A stretch of 64,000 nt of DNA from the human T2T-CHM13v2.0 reference genome, Homo sapiens. Below, piece after piece: positions 59,454 through 64,000 of this stretch. Position numbers and translations under genes: made by a program. Location: NCBI RefSeq assembly GCF_009914755.1, contig NC_060926.1; one strand, given 5' to 3'. Each line of letters starts with the position of its first letter. The stretch's first letter is position 1. Under the pieces are notes generated by a model. That model was not told where the DNA came from. It made no database searches and saw only the letters and a program-made list of their open reading frames with translations.

Positions 59454-60045
59454 GGCAGTTTCTTTAAAACCTAAGCATTCACTTACCATACAACTCAGCA
59501 ATTTTACTGTTGGGCATTTATCCCAGAGAAATAAAAATATATTCAATACAGAAATTTCTATAGTTTCATTCACAGTGCCACAAATTGGAAGGAAAGTACT
59601 TAAATGCCCTTCAGCGGGTGAACAGTGAAACAAACTATGCATCCATGTCATGGAATACTACATGGCAGTAAACAAGAGCAAACTGTGGACATGTGGAGCA
59701 ACTTGGATTGGTCTCAGGGCATTGTGCCTTAAGATGTCACATGAACGATTCCATTTGGTAACATTCTTTAAATAATAGAATCATATAAATGAAAAACACA
59801 TGAGTGGTTGCCAGAGGTTAGGAGTGTTGGAGTGTGCAGAGGTATGTGATGGTCAGAGATAACATGAAAGAGAAGTCTGTGGTGATGGAATAGTCCTGTA
59901 ACTTGATAGAGGCTGTTGTTACAGGAAGCTGCCCATGTGATGAAATGACAGAGACCCGCACACATGCATTGCTGCAATGTCAGATTCCTGGTTTTGCTCC
60001 TGTACTGTAGTCACGTAAGATGTGAGCACTGGGGAGACTGTGAGG
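59454..60045 (+). mobile_element. L1M 3' fragment
   Basis: ggcagtttct...gggcatttatcccagagaaataaaaa...gagtggttgccagaggtta. Confidence 0.7.
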
Positions 60046-60919
60046 GAGAATTCTGAGCAGAAGGCTCACGTGGCTTCCTGCCTCCTACCATGCCACCCCC
60101 ACCGGATGCATTAAATTTCTGGTCTGAGTCAGCCTGCCTCTGTCCTCATCCATCTGTCTGTCTGTCTCTTTCTTTCCCTCCCTCCCTGCCTCCTCACTGT
60201 TTCACATGGTCATTGTAAAAAAGAAACCTAAAAAATTAGGAAATGTAGATAAATTGAAAGGAAAAATTTTAAACCATGAGGTTGTTCCTTTCTTATTTAA
60301 ATATGGTGGTTCCCTTGTTTCATCAGCCATAGGCTTTGGGCCTGGGCAGGATCTGTAGCCCACAGCCTTTGAGTTCTTGACCTATCCTCTGAGATTTTTA
60401 GGATTCAAAGTAGAAAGACTTGGTCCCCTGCTTCCAGTCCTATCTGGTACCCACTCCCTCATCTTTTCTGGCTAACCATTGTGCTTCCCAGTAATTATGT
60501 TTAACATTTTCTCACATAGGGATTAACAACATAGGCTCTGGACTCAGAGTGCCTAGGTTTAAATCTTGACTCCACCACCTCCTTAGTAGTTATTCAGTCT
60601 CTTTGTGCCTCAGTTTCTTCATTTGTAACTAACACCTATCTCAGAAGCCGTGGGAAGGATTAAGGGATGTGATAGGAAGCACTCACTGACTCTTGGATAT
60701 CATTATTTATGGTTGTTACTTGGTGTCTCTGGCTGCATTTTGTTTGTCGCTGCTGGTTCCGTGACTGTCCATCAGTGTGCCTTGCGCCTGTTCTGTAGAT
60801 TTTATTTCACAGTCTCTTGGTTTTGGTGGGTGGCACACTGCCCTGAGAGGACGGGGACGTGAGAAAGATTCTGAGCTCTTTAGTTGTCTCTAGTGCTACA
60901 TCATGATTGTCATCATTGC

Positions 60920-61505
60920 TGTAAACCAAAAAGTATATGAGACAAGTCTTACTCAATTTAGAACATGTATTTTGCCAAAGTTAATGACGCACCCATGACA
61001 CAGCCTCAGGAGGTCCTGACAACATGCGCCCCGGGGTGGTCGGGGTACAGCTTGCTTTTATACATTTCAGGGAGACATGAGACATCAATCAATATATGTA
61101 AGATGTACATTGGTTCAGTCCAGTAAGGTGGAACAATTCGAAGTAGGGGGTTTCCAGGCCAGAAGTAGATAAGAGACAAAAAGTTGCATTCTTTTGAGTC
61201 CTTGATCAGCCTTCCGATGAATACACAATTGTGTCTGGCTCAGTGAACCTACATTTTTACGTGAACAATAGGGCAGAGGAAGCAATCAGTTATGCATTTG
61301 TCTCAGGTGAGCCTCAAAGGGATGACTTTGAGTTGTGTCTGTCCTTTTTCCATAAGGAGTTTTCTTGCGGGCAAATGGTGAGGGAGGGATGTAGGTTGTT
61401 ATCTTTGTAGCTATCTTATTTAGCAATAAAACAGGAGGCAAGTTTGCCTGACGTAGTTTCCAGCTTGACTTTTTCCTTGGCTTAGTGATTTAGTTTCCTT
61501 TCGCA
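60920..61505 (-). mobile_element. MER4-family ERV1 solo LTR ~460 bp upstream of the 61966 exon
   Basis: tgtaaaccaaaaagtat...gacacagcctcaggaggtcctgacaacatg...cagcttgactttttccttggcttagtgat; 4-bp TSD ttgc. Confidence 0.85.
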
Positions 61506-61965
61506 TTGCTAACTCAATCACAGGAGACAGGAGTGTGGACTGAATATAGCAAGAATGCCAAAGTATGTAACAGTTTCCTTAGTCATGATAGAGACTGAGA
61601 AACATCGGCTCACCTAAGCTTTGAGGTTAGCTGGAGTCCAGTAGAAGAGTTATAACTAAACACTGGCCCTTGTCTGTTTCCACTTGTGCCCATTCATTGA
61701 AGCTGAGATTGGACTGAGTACATTTGTGACTATGTACCAGTAGCAAAGGTGATAGAAGTCAAACGTAGCTCTTAGTTTTAGGGGCTCATGGCCTCCTGGG
61801 GAAGGGACCCATCAGGCATAGCTGGCAGTCATGGCCAGGGTTGTGGAAGCCCAGGTCCAGGCAGGGTTCAAATGCTCCTCAGAGTGTGCCAGCAGCCTCA
61901 GCCTCAGGGAGAGCTTGTCAGGGGGATGTTTTACAAGGTCTCCAAAAGCCTCTTATGCCCTCTAG

Positions 61966-62051
61966 AGTGAAAAGCACGGCATTGTTGATGAAGTCTTGTG
62001 GCAAATATGCAAGGCACGTGTGGATATTTCTTTCTCTTGGAGGCTTACAAG
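61966..62051 (+). CDS. Putative internal exon of long LIMS3 isoform (SEKHGIVDEVLWQICKARVDISFSWRLT)
   Basis: ctcttatgccctctag|AGT GAA ... ACA AG|gtagcc; 86 nt, phase 0 to 2, no stop. Confidence 0.58.
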
Positions 62052-62248
62052 GTAGCCCCGGTCTCCTGGTGCAGTGTTTATAGCATAGTCCACTGGGACT
62101 GCCGCTCTGACAAAGACTGTGTCACTACTTTGTGGAATGTTATTTTAGAACTTCCAGAATGCCTCAGTAAATCCTGACTGCCATGTAACTGTGTACTGTG
62201 CTGCTGAGCTCTTAACATGAAGCAGCAGCAGTGACCCTGGCGGGCCAG

Positions 62249-62372
62249 GCTGACGTGCGTGGGAACAGTGGGAGTGACCCTGGCTGGGAAGCAGGGAGGC
62301 CTGGATATTGTTTCTCCTGGCTCTGTGTCCTGCCATTCTCATCCCTGTGCTCAGAGCTCTCAAGCACCCACG
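62249..62372 (+). CDS. In-frame 5' extension of LIMS3 exon (RLTCVGTVGVTLAGKQGG...QAPT) used only in the putative long isoform
   Basis: ggccag|G CTG ACG TGC GTG... stays open into the ATG at 62373; the acceptor is pyrimidine-poor. Confidence 0.5.
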
Positions 62373-62554
62373 ATGGCCTTCTCAGGCCGAGCGCGCCCCT
62401 GCATTATCCCAGAGAACGAAGAAATCCCCCGAGCAGCCCTTAACACTGTCCACGAGGCCAATGGGACCGAGGACGAGAGGGCTGTTTCCAAACTGCAGCG
62501 CAGGCACAGTGACGTGAAAGTCTACAAGGAGTTCTGTGACTTTTATGCGAAATT
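62373..62554 (+). CDS. LIMS3: LIMS3/LIMS4 (PINCH-3) first coding exon, derived from an alternative first exon of LIMS1
   Basis: MAFSGRARPCIIPENEEIPRAALNTVHEANGTEDERAVSKLQRRHSDVKVYKEFCDFYAK, then TT|gtgagt donor (phase 2). Kozak acgATGG. The LIM exon lies beyond the window. Confidence 0.9.
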
Positions 62555-63599
62555 GTGAGTGTCTCCTCTCCTGGAGTGCCCTCTTCCAGGTCCAGCGTTC
62601 TTGGCTGTCTGTTCAGGAGCCATCCTGAGCTGGCCCATACAATTTTATTGACTGGACTTTGGGTGGGAGTTTTCCAGGGTGGTAGGGCTTCGAGGGGCTC
62701 GCAGCGCAGCATGTTTAGGGAGACAGGAGACTGCCTTGTCGGTAAGACATGCAGCGACACGCAGATGGGAGGGAGGTGCTGCCCTCACTGTGAGAGCATG
62801 GCGGCCCCGTCTTCAGTAGGTTCCTGATCACTTGGTAACTAACTGCATTTTCATCATGTCGTCCGCAAGGGAGGCTTAGTGTTGTCATTGTCAGTAATTA
62901 CGTTAGAAAAATTCTGCAGTCTAAAACGGCCCAAAGATAAGGGGCAGATGGGTTGGGACAGTGAAAAAAACAAATTACAGACTGTTGGTAAAGATAAATA
63001 TTTTTGTTTTGTGTAATAATCAACAATTTGAAGTAAGCTAACTGGGTTTCTTAATTGAATGAATAAATATATATATCGTATAAGTAGCAGCTCAATACAC
63101 ATATAGAACATACTGTTAACTCTAAAAAGCTAGGCTAATTTATATTATTAAATAGGTTTTAGCAAACACATTTTTTTAAGAAAATGCAGAGTAGCCATCA
63201 GACCAGCTCAAGATTATTGACCTCATTCAAAGTTGTGAGCTTAGAATTACTGCGTATCCCAAATTTGTCAAGTAAGAGTTAATGAGAATTTAACTGACCC
63301 GGTTCTCTACTTCCATAATCCGTGCTCTGTGGTACAGATGTCACTTATCTTCACAACTCACAGAGAGCTCTGTTTGACAGTAACTGGGGAATTGTAATAA
63401 TACAGTAACCAATATTTTGACTGCTTGGTGAACTCTCAAGAAGATTTTTGGATTTATACATTGCTGCATTTTAGGACCAAACAATTTGTTTTGCATACTT
63501 GAATAATGGAAAGCAAGATATCAGTTGTGCTGTGTGAGGTTGATTTGTGGAAGTGGATCAGCTTCATCAGTCATGCCTGGCCTGACTTTTACATATAAA

Positions 63600-63608
63600 T
63601 ATCTATCT

Positions 63609-63647
<39 letters not shown>
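63600..63647. repeat. (TAGA)n tetranucleotide STR preceded by inverted TCTA units
   Basis: tatctatctatagatagatagatag... Confidence 0.92.
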
Positions 63648-64000
63648 CTCCCCCACTTACATATTTCTTGTCATCAACACTTTTTAGTGAAAATCTTTTT
63701 CTAAAAAATTAGCTAATTAATTATAACTAATCTGATGGTAGCTATAACTGTCACTAATGACTTTTTTAAAGTAATTTCTGTCATCTGTAGTATTAAATAT
63801 AAAATCAACATTTAAAAAAAAAAACAACAGGCATTGTGCCAGAGGGTCAAAGGCAAAAGAGGAAAGGGAAGCCTGACTGGTTCAGGGGGCAGCAAGGTGA
63901 TTGTTCTGTTTCCTTTTTCCCCCTGCTTGTGATGAAAAGGAATACTTCTTGCAAAATATATATTATATTACCTCTAAAACTAGCAGATTTTTCCTGTGTG

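Overview
Primate (human-like) genomic DNA, Alu/L1/LTR-rich, from the chromosome 2q13 segmental duplications. The first ~21 kb is the 3' half of an RGPD gene (RANBP2-GCC2 chimera) on the + strand. It contains the end of the giant RANBP2-type exon (RanBD2, RanBD3), a 78-nt linker exon and three GCC2-derived exons encoding the GRIP domain, then a ~1.8 kb 3'UTR. The last ~2 kb holds the first coding exon of LIMS3/LIMS4 (MAFSGRARP...), so the locus is most likely RGPD5-LIMS3 or the near-identical RGPD6-LIMS4 copy. Main observations: (1) an isolated exon at 49811-50026 encodes a vinculin/alpha-catenin head-like helical hairpin and can be spliced through GT-AG exons, in frame, into LIMS3; (2) the RANBP2/GCC2 fusion junction is visible at ~5141 as a RANBP2 exon cut off and joined to an Alu fragment; (3) a TGG>TGA change removes the aromatic tail of the GRIP domain; (4) several small rearrangement scars. 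Gene and repeat names come from recalled sequences, not database searches, and repeat boundaries are approximate unless target-site duplications (TSDs) are quoted.
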